A model generated the notes under the pieces. That model had not been told where the DNA came from. It did no database searches and saw only the letters and a list, made by a program, of their open reading frames with translations. This document shows positions 7,595 through 17,893 of a stretch of 64,000 nt of DNA, one piece after another (within the stretch, counting starts at the first letter, position 1; each line of letters begins with the position of its first letter). Position numbers and translations under genes: made by a program. Origin of the DNA: an uncultured virus (IMG/VR IMGVR_UViG_3300027805_000013) (lineage: Duplodnaviria; Heunggongvirae; Uroviricota; Caudoviricetes); IMG/VR virus record IMGVR_UViG_3300027805_000013; one strand, written 5' to 3'.

Positions 7595-9030
7595 CCAAAG
7601 GACAAGAAAAGTTACTTGCTAACTTTGCACAGAAAAACAAACATTGGCCCAAGGATCAACTGGAATTAGCCCTGTGGCGGGTGCGTTGGGAGCTCCAAGC
7701 GCTTGATCACCAACGAGAACCCGACAACGGCGAGTATGACACCATGCTCATGTTGGCTGGTCGTGGTGCAGGTAAGACTTACACCGCCTCAAACTGGATT
7801 GGACTGCGTGCAGCCCTTAACAACGGCACCCGTTGGCTCGTAACTGCCCCGACATCGAACGACATTCGCGCGACATGCTTTGAGGGCGACTCGGGTTTAA
7901 TGAATATCATCCCGCCCGTCTTGATCGACACCTACAACAAGTCGCTCTTTGAGATCCACCTTAAAAACGGCTCGATTATCCAAGGCATCCCCGGCTCCGA
8001 ACCAGAGCGTTACCGTGGTAAGCAGTTCCATGGGGCGTGGTTTGACGAGTTGGCTGCGTTTGACTACCTAGACGACGCTTGGGATCAAGCACAGTTTACC
8101 TTGCGTTTGCGTGACCCACGCATAGCTCGAGTTCAGCAGATTGTTACCACCACCCCCAAGCCCAGAGAGTTGATTGTTGACTTAAACGAGGGTAAGGTAG
8201 GGGGCGATGTGTATGTGGTGAACGCCAGCTCGTACGATAACCGAGCCAACCTCTCTAAATCGTTTTTTAAAGCCCTCGAGACATACGAAGGCACCGACCT
8301 TGGTAAACAGGAGATCTACGGTGCGATCCTCGATCCAGAAGACGCTGGTATTGTCAAGCGTAAGTGGTTTAAGATGTGGCCAGCCAAGAAACCAACGCCC
8401 GTCTTGGAGTATGTGATCGCTTCATACGATCCAGCGACTTCGGAAAAGACTGTCAATGACCCAACCGCATGCGAGGTGTGGGGCGTGTTTGAGGACACCG
8501 ACAAAGGAACTTGCATCATCCTTTTGGATGCATGGGATGCTCACATGTCTTACCCTGAGTTGCGTAGGAAGGTGGTTGACGATTACAAAGAGGTGGTGTA
8601 CGGTGCGGACAACGACTTTGCCAAGGGTAGGAAAGCAGACCTCATTCTGATCGAGGATAAGTCGGCAGGCATTTCGCTCATCCAAGAGCTCCAGCAGTCT
8701 GGCACCCCCGTGCGGGGTTACAACCCGGGCAAAGCGGACAAAGTGCAGCGTTTGAACATCGTGGCACCGCTCATTGCCAAGGGCAAAGCGTATGTGCCAG
8801 AGAACCCCGAGATACCCGGCGAGTTTGCTGATTGGGCAAAACGGTTTATCCGTCAAGTCTGTTCGTTCCCAGAGTCTGGTGGGCACGATGACTATGTCGA
8901 TGCCCTATCCCAAGCGTTACGGGTTTTACGGGACTCGGGTTGGATCTCGCTCGATCCCCTGCCCCACCGAGACTACGACTATGCCGACGATGAGATGCGT
9001 AAGAAACGATACAACCCCTATGCGGTGTAG
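7585..9030 (+). CDS. terL: terminase large subunit
   Basis: Walker A GRGAGKT, Walker B WFDE, TTTPK, nuclease YDPA and HDDYVDA. Confidence 0.95.
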   Translation: MALTKGQEKLLANFAQKNKHWPKDQLELALWRVRWELQALDHQREPDNGEYDTMLMLAGRGAGKTYTASNWIGLRAALNNGTRWLVTAPTSNDIRATCFEGDSGLMNIIPPVLIDTYNKSLFEIHLKNGSIIQGIPGSEPERYRGKQFHGAWFDELAAFDYLDDAWDQAQFTLRLRDPRIARVQQIVTTTPKPRELIVDLNEGKVGGDVYVVNASSYDNRANLSKSFFKALETYEGTDLGKQEIYGAILDPEDAGIVKRKWFKMWPAKKPTPVLEYVIASYDPATSEKTVNDPTACEVWGVFEDTDKGTCIILLDAWDAHMSYPELRRKVVDDYKEVVYGADNDFAKGRKADLILIEDKSAGISLIQELQQSGTPVRGYNPGKADKVQRLNIVAPLIAKGKAYVPENPEIPGEFADWAKRFIRQVCSFPESGGHDDYVDALSQALRVLRDSGWISLDPLPHRDYDYADDEMRKKRYNPYAV

Positions 9031-9061
9031 GGCGGAAACACATCCCTTTTTGCATAAGTAG
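9030..9061 (+). promoter_or_regulatory. phage late promoter
   Basis: GGGCG-N16-TGCATAAGTAG. Confidence 0.85.
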
Positions 9062-9093
9062 TAATAGAAGTCTTATCTAAACTTTCTCACCCT

Positions 9094-9906
9094 ATGCTCC
9101 CATATCCAATCAAATCACCGCAAGAAATGATGTTTGAGTCTGCTGGCATTCCTCACATGCAAGCCGGTGGTCAACCACCGTCGCCGGGCACAACTACTCG
9201 ATTATCACGAGCAGCCACGCAAGATGGCGTGAGCGGTTTGGGTTCTATTGGTCCGTTGGTAGATATGACACCACCCAACCCCGTTTCGTTTTATCGCTCT
9301 AATCCGCAAAACAAATTTGGCGCAAAAGATCGATTGGAAACTTTGCCGTCTCGTGTGGATAAAACCACCATGCAAGATTTTATCAAGGCAATGAGAGCGG
9401 GTGAAAAGTATGGCGTGCCACAACTACCGCCCGAATATTTGGCGGCGTTAATGTTGCAAGAAGGTCGTAGCGACTTTGGGTTTAATGAAATGAACATGAA
9501 CAATCCAAGAGCTCGAATGATTGCAGAAATGTTAATGAAAGAAGGCTTTGATGATACTTCCGCTGGGTTTGGCGGAGCATTGTATGATAAAATGCAAACT
9601 GCAATGCGATTAAAAAAACCCTTCTCAACCATTTGGAATGGCACAGGCGTTAGCATGTACGGCCAAACAGGAAAACAATACACCGATAAATTTGGGCAAG
9701 GTTTTGGTGCGGTCATGCATCCCAAAAACGAACCTTTGCTTGGATCGATCAGAGAAGCGTATAATTACCAACCACCGCAACCACCGCAAGGTATTTCTGC
9801 TGAAGGTTTAGCAAACGCCATGCCAATGTTTAATGCGGGTGGTTCGACAACACCGTTTTATGACATGAGTAAACTTGTCATTCAAAAACATTTATCTGGA
9901 ACATAA
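9094..9906 (+). CDS. putative internal virion protein, possibly lysozyme/transglycosylase-like
   Basis: LAALMLQEG...WNGTG pattern; MQAGG and FNAGG motifs at the ends. Confidence 0.45.
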   Translation: MLPYPIKSPQEMMFESAGIPHMQAGGQPPSPGTTTRLSRAATQDGVSGLGSIGPLVDMTPPNPVSFYRSNPQNKFGAKDRLETLPSRVDKTTMQDFIKAMRAGEKYGVPQLPPEYLAALMLQEGRSDFGFNEMNMNNPRARMIAEMLMKEGFDDTSAGFGGALYDKMQTAMRLKKPFSTIWNGTGVSMYGQTGKQYTDKFGQGFGAVMHPKNEPLLGSIREAYNYQPPQPPQGISAEGLANAMPMFNAGGSTTPFYDMSKLVIQKHLSGT

Positions 9907-9909
9907 TTA

Positions 9910-12666
9910 ATGGCAAACCCTATTCTCCCCGTCCAAGCAGGAGCAAACCTTGCAGCTCTTGAACGAGATGAAGACATCGAACAAACACAGATGTCCGAAC
10001 AAGAGATTGAGAATCTAGAAGAAGCTCTTGGTTTAGAAGACGGGGGCGAGTTAGATGAAGAGGTGATTGAGTTAGAAGATGGCTCTGTCATCATCAACTA
10101 TGTTGCGACCGAAGGCCCCATGAAAAATCCAGAGTTCTATGCGAACTTGGCAGAAACCATGGACGAAGGCACACTGCAAAGTCTAGCCGTAGAGTTTTTG
10201 GATTTAATTGATGTCGATAGAGAATCACGAAAAGAACGAGATAAACAGTATGAAGATGGATTACGAAGAACCGGTCTTGGTAAAGACGCACCAGGCGGTG
10301 CCACGTTTGATGGCGCTAGTAAAGTGGTACACCCAGTTATGGCAGAGAGTTGCGTTGATTTCGCGGCTTCGTCAACTCGTGAACTACTTCCACCAGAGGG
10401 TATTGTAAAGTCCCACATCCGTGGTGAGGCAGATCGTGTTCGTTTAGAAGTGGCAGAACGCAAGGCAAACTTCCTTAACTGGCAGTTAACCGAGCAAGTG
10501 CAAGAGTACCGTGATGAGATGGAGCAACTGCTCACTCAGTTACCGTTAGGTGGTTCGCAGTATTTAAAGTGGCGTTACGACTACGAACAAAAACGCCCGA
10601 TGACAGAGTGGATTCCGATTGATAACCTTCTGTTACCATACGCAACAACCAACTTTTACACCTCGGCTCGTATTACCGAAGTGCAAGACATTACTGAGGA
10701 TGTGTTCCAACAGCGAGTAGATCAAGGCATCTACCGTGATATTGAAACAACCCACATTAGTGCAATTGAGTCAGATGAAATGACTCAGTCTCAAAAAGCA
10801 AATAACAAAATTGAAGGTAAGCAAGAGCCATCTAAGAATGTTGATGGCGTGCGTCGTGTTTATGAAATCACATGTTTCTTGCGTTTAGATGATGATTCAG
10901 AAACCGAAGGCAAGCGTGCCCCGTATATTTTAACGATTGATGACTCCACCAGCAAGGTGTTGGCACTCTACAGAAACTGGTGTTATGGCGATGAAAAACT
11001 GGAAAAATTGGATTGGTATGTTGAGTTTAAGTTCATTCCTTGGCGTGGCGCTTACGCTATTGGCCTTCCACATCTCATTGGTGGCCTTTCTGCTGCTCTT
11101 ACCGGTGCTTTACGTGCTTTGCTTGACGCTGCTCATATTAACAATAGCCAAACGATGCTCAAGCTTAAAGGCGGACGCATCAGCGGACAAAGCGACAGGA
11201 TTGAACCGACGCAGGTTCTAGAAATTGAAGGCGCACCCGGGGTTGACGATGTACGCAAGCTGGCAATGCCCTTGCCGTTTAATCAGCCCTCCAATGTGCT
11301 CTTCCAACTGCTTGGATGGCTAACCGATGCTGCCAAAGGTGTGGTTACCACATCCGAAGAGAAGATCCGTGATGTTAATTCCAACGCTCCTGTTGGTACA
11401 ACCCAAGCACTAATTGAGCAAGGTGCAAAAGTATTCTCCAGCATCCACGCTCGTCTACACCGCTCACAAGCCAAGTCATTAGCGATCCTCTCTCGTATCA
11501 ATCATTGGTATTTGGGAGAGATGAACAACGAATCGGGTGAACCGATTGAGATTCGTGACTTTGCAGTCAACAACGATATTCGTCCCGTTTCAGATCCTAA
11601 TATTTTCTCTGAAACCCAGCGTTTGGCACAAGCTCAAGCCATTTTGCAATTGGCACAAGGTGCACCCCAACTGTACAACATGCGTGAAGTTCATTTACGC
11701 ATCTTACGCCAACTGAAGATCCCGAACATTAACGACATATTGCCAAACCCAGACGGCATCAAAGAAGCCAACCCAGCGTTGGAGAATGTGTCAATGACGA
11801 TGGGCAGACCCGCAGCGGCGTACCCCGATCAAGATCACTTGGCTCACATCAAGGTGCATTTGATGTTTGCTATGGATCCAAACTACGGTGCCAATCCAAT
11901 TATTGGACCGGCGTTTACCCCGCACTTGCTTGAGCATTTGAAACAACACATTACGCTGCACTATCTGCAAACCATGCGTAACTATGTTGGCCAAGCATCC
12001 GACGGCAAAGACATCTTTAAACTTAATGAAGAGCGTCCGTTGGATAAAACCAGCGAACAAGCCTTGGCAATTGCATCACAGATGGTGCAGATGGATGGGC
12101 AGGTTGAGTTCCAGCCAATCCAACCAGCGATCCAGCAATTGATCCAGAAAGTACAACAAGGTCAGCAAGCTCAACGCCAGCAAATGGCTGAGTCTGATCC
12201 AACGGCTCAAGTACTCATGAAGACTCAAATGGCTGAAACACAGCGTAAGGCACAAGAGGCTCAAATGAAGGCTCAGATGGAGTTGAAGAAACAAGAGCAA
12301 GACTTTGACATCAAGATCGTTGAGTTGCAACAAAAAGTTGACGAACTCATGGCGAAGTACAACACCCAAAGCCAGATTGATAGCCAGAAGAACGCAAAAG
12401 ACATTGCCTTGGCAAACATCAACAACGCAGCTAAAGAGCGAGTCGCACAAATTTCTGCAGGTGTTCAGATGGATCAACTGCAACGCCAACTAGAGCACGA
12501 GCAAAACCAAGCCGCCATTCAAGCGACTCGAACTGCCGAAACTGAGATTTTAAAACATGGTATTGCAGTTGAACAACAAGCATTCCAACAACAAGCCCAA
12601 GCAGTACAAGCACAATTAGAACAAGCTGCACAACAACAACCCCCAACAGGAGTAACAAATGTCTGA
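9910..12666 (+). CDS. portal protein
   Basis: 918 aa after TerL; acidic N-terminus; Gln-rich coiled-coil C-terminus as in P22-like portal barrels. Confidence 0.85.
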   Translation: MANPILPVQAGANLAALERDEDIEQTQMSEQEIENLEEALGLEDGGELDEEVIELEDGSVIINYVATEGPMKNPEFYANLAETMDEGTLQSLAVEFLDLIDVDRESRKERDKQYEDGLRRTGLGKDAPGGATFDGASKVVHPVMAESCVDFAASSTRELLPPEGIVKSHIRGEADRVRLEVAERKANFLNWQLTEQVQEYRDEMEQLLTQLPLGGSQYLKWRYDYEQKRPMTEWIPIDNLLLPYATTNFYTSARITEVQDITEDVFQQRVDQGIYRDIETTHISAIESDEMTQSQKANNKIEGKQEPSKNVDGVRRVYEITCFLRLDDDSETEGKRAPYILTIDDSTSKVLALYRNWCYGDEKLEKLDWYVEFKFIPWRGAYAIGLPHLIGGLSAALTGALRALLDAAHINNSQTMLKLKGGRISGQSDRIEPTQVLEIEGAPGVDDVRKLAMPLPFNQPSNVLFQLLGWLTDAAKGVVTTSEEKIRDVNSNAPVGTTQALIEQGAKVFSSIHARLHRSQAKSLAILSRINHWYLGEMNNESGEPIEIRDFAVNNDIRPVSDPNIFSETQRLAQAQAILQLAQGAPQLYNMREVHLRILRQLKIPNINDILPNPDGIKEANPALENVSMTMGRPAAAYPDQDHLAHIKVHLMFAMDPNYGANPIIGPAFTPHLLEHLKQHITLHYLQTMRNYVGQASDGKDIFKLNEERPLDKTSEQALAIASQMVQMDGQVEFQPIQPAIQQLIQKVQQGQQAQRQQMAESDPTAQVLMKTQMAETQRKAQEAQMKAQMELKKQEQDFDIKIVELQQKVDELMAKYNTQSQIDSQKNAKDIALANINNAAKERVAQISAGVQMDQLQRQLEHEQNQAAIQATRTAETEILKHGIAVEQQAFQQQAQAVQAQLEQAAQQQPPTGVTNV

Positions 12667-12880
12667 TGAAAATTTAAAAGGCTTTCGCCAAACCTACCAA
12701 GAAACTGGTAAGTTAAGCAGTGGTGGCGGCCCCGGCGAGAAAAGCCTTGATGCTGGCCCATCTGGCTCACACCGTGACAATAACTGGAAGATCGGTGCTA
12801 AACAAGGCAACCTAAAAAATGCTAAACCTATCGGCCCAGGTAAAAACCTCAAAGATATCAAAGGCGGCAATTTTTATTAA
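12659..12880 (+). CDS. small Gly/Lys-rich protein
   Basis: AGGAG RBS; overlaps portal stop. Confidence 0.65.
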   Translation: MSDENLKGFRQTYQETGKLSSGGGPGEKSLDAGPSGSHRDNNWKIGAKQGNLKNAKPIGPGKNLKDIKGGNFY

Positions 12881-12883
12881 TTG

Positions 12884-12915
12884 GGGCGGAAATTTTAGTC
12901 TTTTTGCATAAGTAG
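12884..12915 (+). promoter_or_regulatory. phage late promoter
   Basis: GGGCG-N16-TGCATAAGTAG; ATG 12920 at the same offset as 6132. Confidence 0.85.
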
Positions 12916-12919
12916 TAAT

Positions 12920-13123
12920 ATGAAGGACTTAATTTCCGAACTAATCGAGCGCTTGAAAAGCGCTGACAAAGATATAACCGAGGCACTAGCCTCTGGTTCC
13001 AACATCCATAACTTTGATGACTATCAGAGAATTTTGGGTAATCGTGAGGGCATACAACAAGCCCAAGCGATTTTAGACAGCCTCTTACGAGAGGATTCAG
13101 AAAACGACGAATGGAAGCCGTAG
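12920..13123 (+). CDS. hypothetical head-module protein
   Basis: Leaderless ORF before groES. Confidence 0.7.
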   Translation: MKDLISELIERLKSADKDITEALASGSNIHNFDDYQRILGNREGIQQAQAILDSLLREDSENDEWKP

Positions 13124-13144
13124 GGCTTTATGGAGGCATGCCGT

Positions 13145-13585
13145 ATGGCACTCGATTTAAATCAAAAAGACGAACCAGATCTTCGCTCAGAGGAAGAGTG
13201 TTTTCCAACGATAGATCCTGGCATTGATGTAGCTGGTGACAGAGTTCTTGTGCAGTTAAGGCGAGAAAAAACCACTAGCAAAGGTGGAATCATTCTGGTT
13301 GATGAAACCAGACAAACATTGCGGTTTAACGAAACCGTTGCCAAAGTAATACAGATTGGACCATTAGCATATAAAAGTCCCGATAACTTAGAGCCTTGGA
13401 TTGAAGGCGCTTGGTGTAAAGAAGGGGACTTAGTTCGGACAATCAAGTACGGCGGTGATCGATTCGTAGTAAATCCCGATGACGGCGGTGCTCCCGTGGT
13501 GTTTATCACCATACAAGCACGTGAGATCATTTCTCGCATTAGGAGTTTTGAATATGCGCAGAAAATGAAAGCCTTTGTAGACTAA
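13145..13585 (+). CDS. groES: co-chaperonin GroES-like protein
   Basis: GDRVLVQ...TSKGGIILV...KVIQIGP...EGDLV..KYGG. Confidence 0.85.
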   Translation: MALDLNQKDEPDLRSEEECFPTIDPGIDVAGDRVLVQLRREKTTSKGGIILVDETRQTLRFNETVAKVIQIGPLAYKSPDNLEPWIEGAWCKEGDLVRTIKYGGDRFVVNPDDGGAPVVFITIQAREIISRIRSFEYAQKMKAFVD

Positions 13586-13600
13586 TTTTGAAAGAAAATT

Positions 13601-14614
13601 ATGGCAGATAATAATATCCCAGTTAAAGAACTGGAAGATGGTAGTGCAAAAGTTGCTTTTGAGGTTGAGCAAGATCCTTTTAAAGAAGAGGATGCTGCAC
13701 CTAAAGCAGAAGAAACAAAACAGTCTGAAGATGTGTCCGACGAAGACGAAGATGATGATGTCGAACAGTATGCTGAAGGCGGTGAAGTAGATAACGAAGA
13801 CAAACCCGAAGAAACAAATGAAGATCGGGAAAGCATTCGTCAAGCACGTCGTGAAGAGCGTAGGCTAAAGAAAGAACTAGCCAAACAGCGTGAATACACG
13901 GCAAAGAACAAGATTACTGCACTTGAGCGCCGTAATGCTGAACTAGCAGAACGGTTGTTAAAATTGGAAAGCACAACAGCTTCCTATCAATTTGCTCAAG
14001 TTGATAAGGCGATTGAAGACGAGGCAACTCGTGTTGAATACGCCAAAATGAAATTGGTGCAAGCAGCACAAGCAAATGATGCCAATGCACAAGTAGAGTA
14101 TTTAGAGCAACTTCAAGATGCTAAAACAAAGTTAGCACAAATTCAAGCTTACAAAAAGCAACAACTTGAAGAAGCCAAACGACCAAAGCAAAATGTACCT
14201 AACGAGGTTTCTACCGAGGTACAAAAAAATGCTACAGGTTGGTTAAAAAAGAATACTTGGTATGATCCACAAGCAAGAGACACAGATAGTCGTATTGCTA
14301 AAGTGATCGATCAAGATCTAGCAGCAGAAGGTTGGGATCCAGCAGACCCCGAATATTGGGACGAGTTGGATAATCGACTGTCTGCTCGTTTGCCACATCG
14401 ATATTCGGCAAAGGGAGCAAATAGTGTGCGGCGTGTTACGCCAACTGCATCCAGTAGGACAGCAAACCCCTCTGGAAAAACAGCAAACACTATCACCCTT
14501 AGTAGAGAGCGTGTACAAGCAATCAAAGATGCTGGTGCGTGGGATGATCCCGCACGTCGCAGCAAAATGATTAAAGCATACGCTGAATTCGATAAACAAA
14601 ACCGTCAAGGATAA
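13601..14614 (+). CDS. putative capsid scaffolding protein
   Basis: Acidic N-terminus, long coiled coil, upstream of capsid. Confidence 0.6.
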   Translation: MADNNIPVKELEDGSAKVAFEVEQDPFKEEDAAPKAEETKQSEDVSDEDEDDDVEQYAEGGEVDNEDKPEETNEDRESIRQARREERRLKKELAKQREYTAKNKITALERRNAELAERLLKLESTTASYQFAQVDKAIEDEATRVEYAKMKLVQAAQANDANAQVEYLEQLQDAKTKLAQIQAYKKQQLEEAKRPKQNVPNEVSTEVQKNATGWLKKNTWYDPQARDTDSRIAKVIDQDLAAEGWDPADPEYWDELDNRLSARLPHRYSAKGANSVRRVTPTASSRTANPSGKTANTITLSRERVQAIKDAGAWDDPARRSKMIKAYAEFDKQNRQG

Positions 14615-14619
14615 TCAAA

Positions 14620-15171
14620 ATGGCAAACGCAAGAATTAAACGAGATATAGATGAACGCTTGGCAGATCGTGCTCAAGAAACAAAAGAGCGTATGACTGCT
14701 GTAGGCGAAAAAGATTCAAATAGGGAACGTATTGAAGCGTTCCGTGACAGGTGGCAAAACAGCGCCTTACCTGAAATCCCAGAGGGTACTCTCGCTGGGT
14801 TCCATTTGTGTTGGTTGTCCACCACAAATAATTATGACAGTATCGACAAACGTATGGCATTGGGTTATGAGCCAGTGAAAGCCGCGGAATTAGGAAAAGG
14901 CTTTGAATCGCTAGGTAAGATGAGCTCGGGCAAGTTTGAAGGCTGTGTTAGTTGTAACGAGATGGTTCTCTTTAAGTTACCAGAAGAAGTCTATCAAGAA
15001 GTGATGCGCATGATGCACCTCGAGGATCCCCTTGAACATCAACGCAATATCACCGCATCCGTTCGGAGCACTGCTCAAGACGGCAAAGGCGGCAGATCTA
15101 TTCTTGAAGGTGGAGTTTTGGAAATGGAAAAAGAGGCCGCAAAAGCAAATAGTAATATTCGCTTCCAATAA
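14620..15171 (+). CDS. hypothetical head-module protein
   Basis: ORF between scaffold and capsid genes. Confidence 0.65.
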   Translation: MANARIKRDIDERLADRAQETKERMTAVGEKDSNRERIEAFRDRWQNSALPEIPEGTLAGFHLCWLSTTNNYDSIDKRMALGYEPVKAAELGKGFESLGKMSSGKFEGCVSCNEMVLFKLPEEVYQEVMRMMHLEDPLEHQRNITASVRSTAQDGKGGRSILEGGVLEMEKEAAKANSNIRFQ

Positions 15172-15202
15172 CATTCTTCAAAATAACAAAGGAAAAACAT
15201 AA

Positions 15203-15880
15203 ATGTCCACAACATTTAAACCCTTTGGTCTGAAGCCTGCATACCATCCAAGCGGTTTGGACCGTGCCATTGCATTCGTGGGTACGAACTCCTTCCAAGC
15301 TGCTACTGATAATAGCTATAACGCTCCCTACTCTTTGAGTGCTGGTCAAGCGTTCTATCAATATCAGCCAGTTGGTCTAAATGCCTCAAACCAATTAACA
15401 ATTGCTGCTGCATCAGCAACCGGCGGTTCCGCTGGTACTGTGTACGGCGTATTTGATGGTGTAGAGTTTACCGACTCCCAAGGTCGTCGTTCCGTAGCTA
15501 AGTGGGCCTCTAAGACCCAATTAGATTCTTATACACAAATCGTTTTCTGGCTCTGGACAGATCCAGCTATGGTTTACGAAGCGCAGATCAATGGTTCTGC
15601 TGACGCCAGCTCTATCGGTGCACAGTATGACTTTAGTACTGCAACTGGTTACACAACTGCTGATGGTATCTCCATTGGTAACGGTGGCGCTGGTTTCTCA
15701 ACCACTGCATTAGCAGCGGCTGCTGTGGCTACCACAGTACAAGGCCAGGTGCGTGTAGTTGGTCTAGGACGTGAAGTAGCTTACCCACCCGGCGAAACAA
15801 ATGCTTGGGGTGACACTTACACGATTGTTCAAGTACAGATCGCTAACAACACGTTTGTAGCGCCCAAGGCTTCGGTCTAA
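15203..15880 (+). CDS. putative capsid decoration/minor head protein
   Basis: PFGLKP N-terminus; Ala/Gly/Thr-rich; directly before the major capsid gene. Confidence 0.55.
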   Translation: MSTTFKPFGLKPAYHPSGLDRAIAFVGTNSFQAATDNSYNAPYSLSAGQAFYQYQPVGLNASNQLTIAAASATGGSAGTVYGVFDGVEFTDSQGRRSVAKWASKTQLDSYTQIVFWLWTDPAMVYEAQINGSADASSIGAQYDFSTATGYTTADGISIGNGGAGFSTTALAAAAVATTVQGQVRVVGLGREVAYPPGETNAWGDTYTIVQVQIANNTFVAPKASV

Positions 15881-15903
15881 CATTTAACGAAAGGAACTAG
15901 CAA

Positions 15904-16821
15904 ATGGCAACCCCAATGCGCAGTACAGACTTTCGTGCGGTAGTCGAGCCGATTATCAACGAAGTCTTTGATGGCGTTTATGAACAACGCGCTGACGAGT
16001 GGAAGGGATTTGTAGAACAGATCCAAGGTATTCCACGTAATTATCACGAAGAAGTAATGCTGTACGGTATGAATGCAGCTCCTGCTATGCCTGACGGAAC
16101 TCCTGTCAGCTATGATCAGGGCGGTACTCTGTACATCACCCGTTTCATCTATCAAATCTATGGTTTGGCATATGCCTTGACCAAGGTATTGATGGAAGAC
16201 GGTGATCACATCCGTATCGGCAGCACCTTCGCCAAGCACTTGGCTCAGTCTATGATTGAAACCAAAGAGACATTGTGCGCTAATTTACTAAACTTCGCAT
16301 TTACTTCCGGCTATACCGGTGGTGACGGCGTAACCTTAGTAAACACAGCTCACCCTGTAGCTAACGGTCTCACCTATAGCAACAAGTTGACTACCCCTGC
16401 CGCTTTGTCGCAGACTTCTGTTGAGCAAATCCTCATCCAGATCCGTTCTGCAATCGACAACAACGGTAAGCGTATTCGCTTGAAGGCCGAGCAGTTAGTA
16501 GTACCCCCAGCACTCGAGTTCCAGGCAGAGGTAATCCTCAAGTCTGTTCTCCGTTCTGGTACTGCTGACAACGATCTCAACCCAATCAAGTCTACTGGTA
16601 TGCTTCCAAAGGGTACACATGTTGTAACCCGTTTGAGCTCTTCCAAGGCATGGTGGGTACAGACCGATGCTGAGAATGGTCTCATGCTCGTAATGCGTCG
16701 TCCAATGGAGAAATCCATGGAAGGCGACTTCGAGACTGATTCTATGCGCTACAAAGCCACCGAGCGTTATGCGACCGGCTGGCACGATGCCCGTAACATC
16801 TACGGTACTCAAGGCGTTTAA
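15904..16821 (+). CDS. major capsid protein (Mu gpT-like family)
   Basis: LVVPPALEF, GTADNDLNP, EGDFETDSMRYKATERY motifs; followed by a terminator. Confidence 0.85.
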   Translation: MATPMRSTDFRAVVEPIINEVFDGVYEQRADEWKGFVEQIQGIPRNYHEEVMLYGMNAAPAMPDGTPVSYDQGGTLYITRFIYQIYGLAYALTKVLMEDGDHIRIGSTFAKHLAQSMIETKETLCANLLNFAFTSGYTGGDGVTLVNTAHPVANGLTYSNKLTTPAALSQTSVEQILIQIRSAIDNNGKRIRLKAEQLVVPPALEFQAEVILKSVLRSGTADNDLNPIKSTGMLPKGTHVVTRLSSSKAWWVQTDAENGLMLVMRRPMEKSMEGDFETDSMRYKATERYATGWHDARNIYGTQGV

Positions 16822-16840
16822 TCAGCACCTATGTAGTCCT

Positions 16841-16869
16841 AAAAGCCACCCTACAAGGGTGGCTTTTTT
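16841..16869 (+). terminator. rho-independent terminator
   Basis: AAAAGCCACCCT...AGGGTGGCTTTTTT. Confidence 0.9.
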
Positions 16870-16877
16870 ACTTTTTA

Positions 16878-16909
16878 GGGCGTTTTTCCTCAATAGTTTG
16901 CATAAGTAG
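16878..16909 (+). promoter_or_regulatory. phage late promoter
   Basis: GGGCG-N16-TGCATAAGTAG. Confidence 0.85.
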
Positions 16910-16913
16910 TTAT

Positions 16914-16992
16914 AGGAAGATTCATCCCATTCTGACCGCCGTTCCTTCCCGGTGAGACGACTCAGAGACAGCTTGGGATACCCACTGAGATA
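16914..16992 (+). ncRNA. candidate structured RNA, possibly the Mu-gpT-DE motif
   Basis: GC-rich leader with ATCCCA/TGGGAT and TCTGA/TCAGA pairings, just downstream of a Mu gpT-like gene. Confidence 0.45.
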
Positions 16993-17004
16993 AGGAATCA
17001 AATA

Positions 17005-17577
17005 ATGTCTAGCACATTTACATCCCCCATTCGTGTATTTAAGCGTAACAACCCAACCAACGACGGCACAATCGCCCCAGACAATACTGGCGCCGTACGT
17101 CTAAGTCAACAAGATGTAATTTTAAATCCAATTACTACAACCACTGGTGCAGCAACTGCATTAACAACCGCCCCCGTTGGTACAACCACAGCAGTTCCTT
17201 TTGTATTGCCAGCCGGCTCTATTATCGAGTCATTCTCGCTGTACCAAGACGTAGCCGCTGGTGGTCTCGTTGGTGGCGTAATTACAATGTCTATCAGCAT
17301 CACCAACCCAACAACTGGTGCTATAACCACTACCGCTCTCGGCACAATTACCCCAACAGCGGCCGGCGGCCGTATCGCTGGTGTGTTTACTGCAACCGCA
17401 GCAACCGCAGCTATCATTGGTAACATTGGACCACTTGACGCCACATTGACATTCTCTGCGGCCTCTGTGACAACATTGTCAAGCGGTTCTTTGGGTGGCA
17501 CGTTGGATGTTAACTACACTGCACGTAACAATGACGGTTCTATCATCGCCTACGGTTCTGGTTACACCAATAACTAA
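17005..17577 (+). CDS. virion structural protein
   Basis: Thr/Ala/Gly-rich; late operon. Confidence 0.6.
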   Translation: MSSTFTSPIRVFKRNNPTNDGTIAPDNTGAVRLSQQDVILNPITTTTGAATALTTAPVGTTTAVPFVLPAGSIIESFSLYQDVAAGGLVGGVITMSISITNPTTGAITTTALGTITPTAAGGRIAGVFTATAATAAIIGNIGPLDATLTFSAASVTTLSSGSLGGTLDVNYTARNNDGSIIAYGSGYTNN

Positions 17578-17590
17578 TTAGGAGCCAATC

Positions 17591-17893
17591 ATGCGTCAAG
17601 TAACCGTGACGGCTGATGCAACTGGGGTAACTACTCCAGTTGTACTCGACCAATACATTACTCCATTCCAAGTAACATATTCAAAGACTGGATCTGGTAC
17701 CGTTCAAGCAACGGCAACAGACCCATATCCCGTTGAAAACGGAAACTTTGTCTCTGCCACTTTTACATGGATTACTGCACCAGTAACAGCACCAAACACT
17801 GCAACTTTTTTAGCACAGCCCTACCGTGCTATTCGTTTGTCTGGCGCTGCTGAAGGTGACACTTTAACGGTAATTCAATCCGGAGTTAAGTAA
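17591..17893 (+). CDS. virion structural protein
   Basis: AGGAG RBS; beta-rich. Confidence 0.6.
   Translation: MRQVTVTADATGVTTPVVLDQYITPFQVTYSKTGSGTVQATATDPYPVENGNFVSATFTWITAPVTAPNTATFLAQPYRAIRLSGAAEGDTLTVIQSGVK

Noticed and set aside
6614..9030. Intein inserted in terL
   Set aside because: The intein-like ORF is in a different frame with its own stop, and TerL is complete and uninterrupted.
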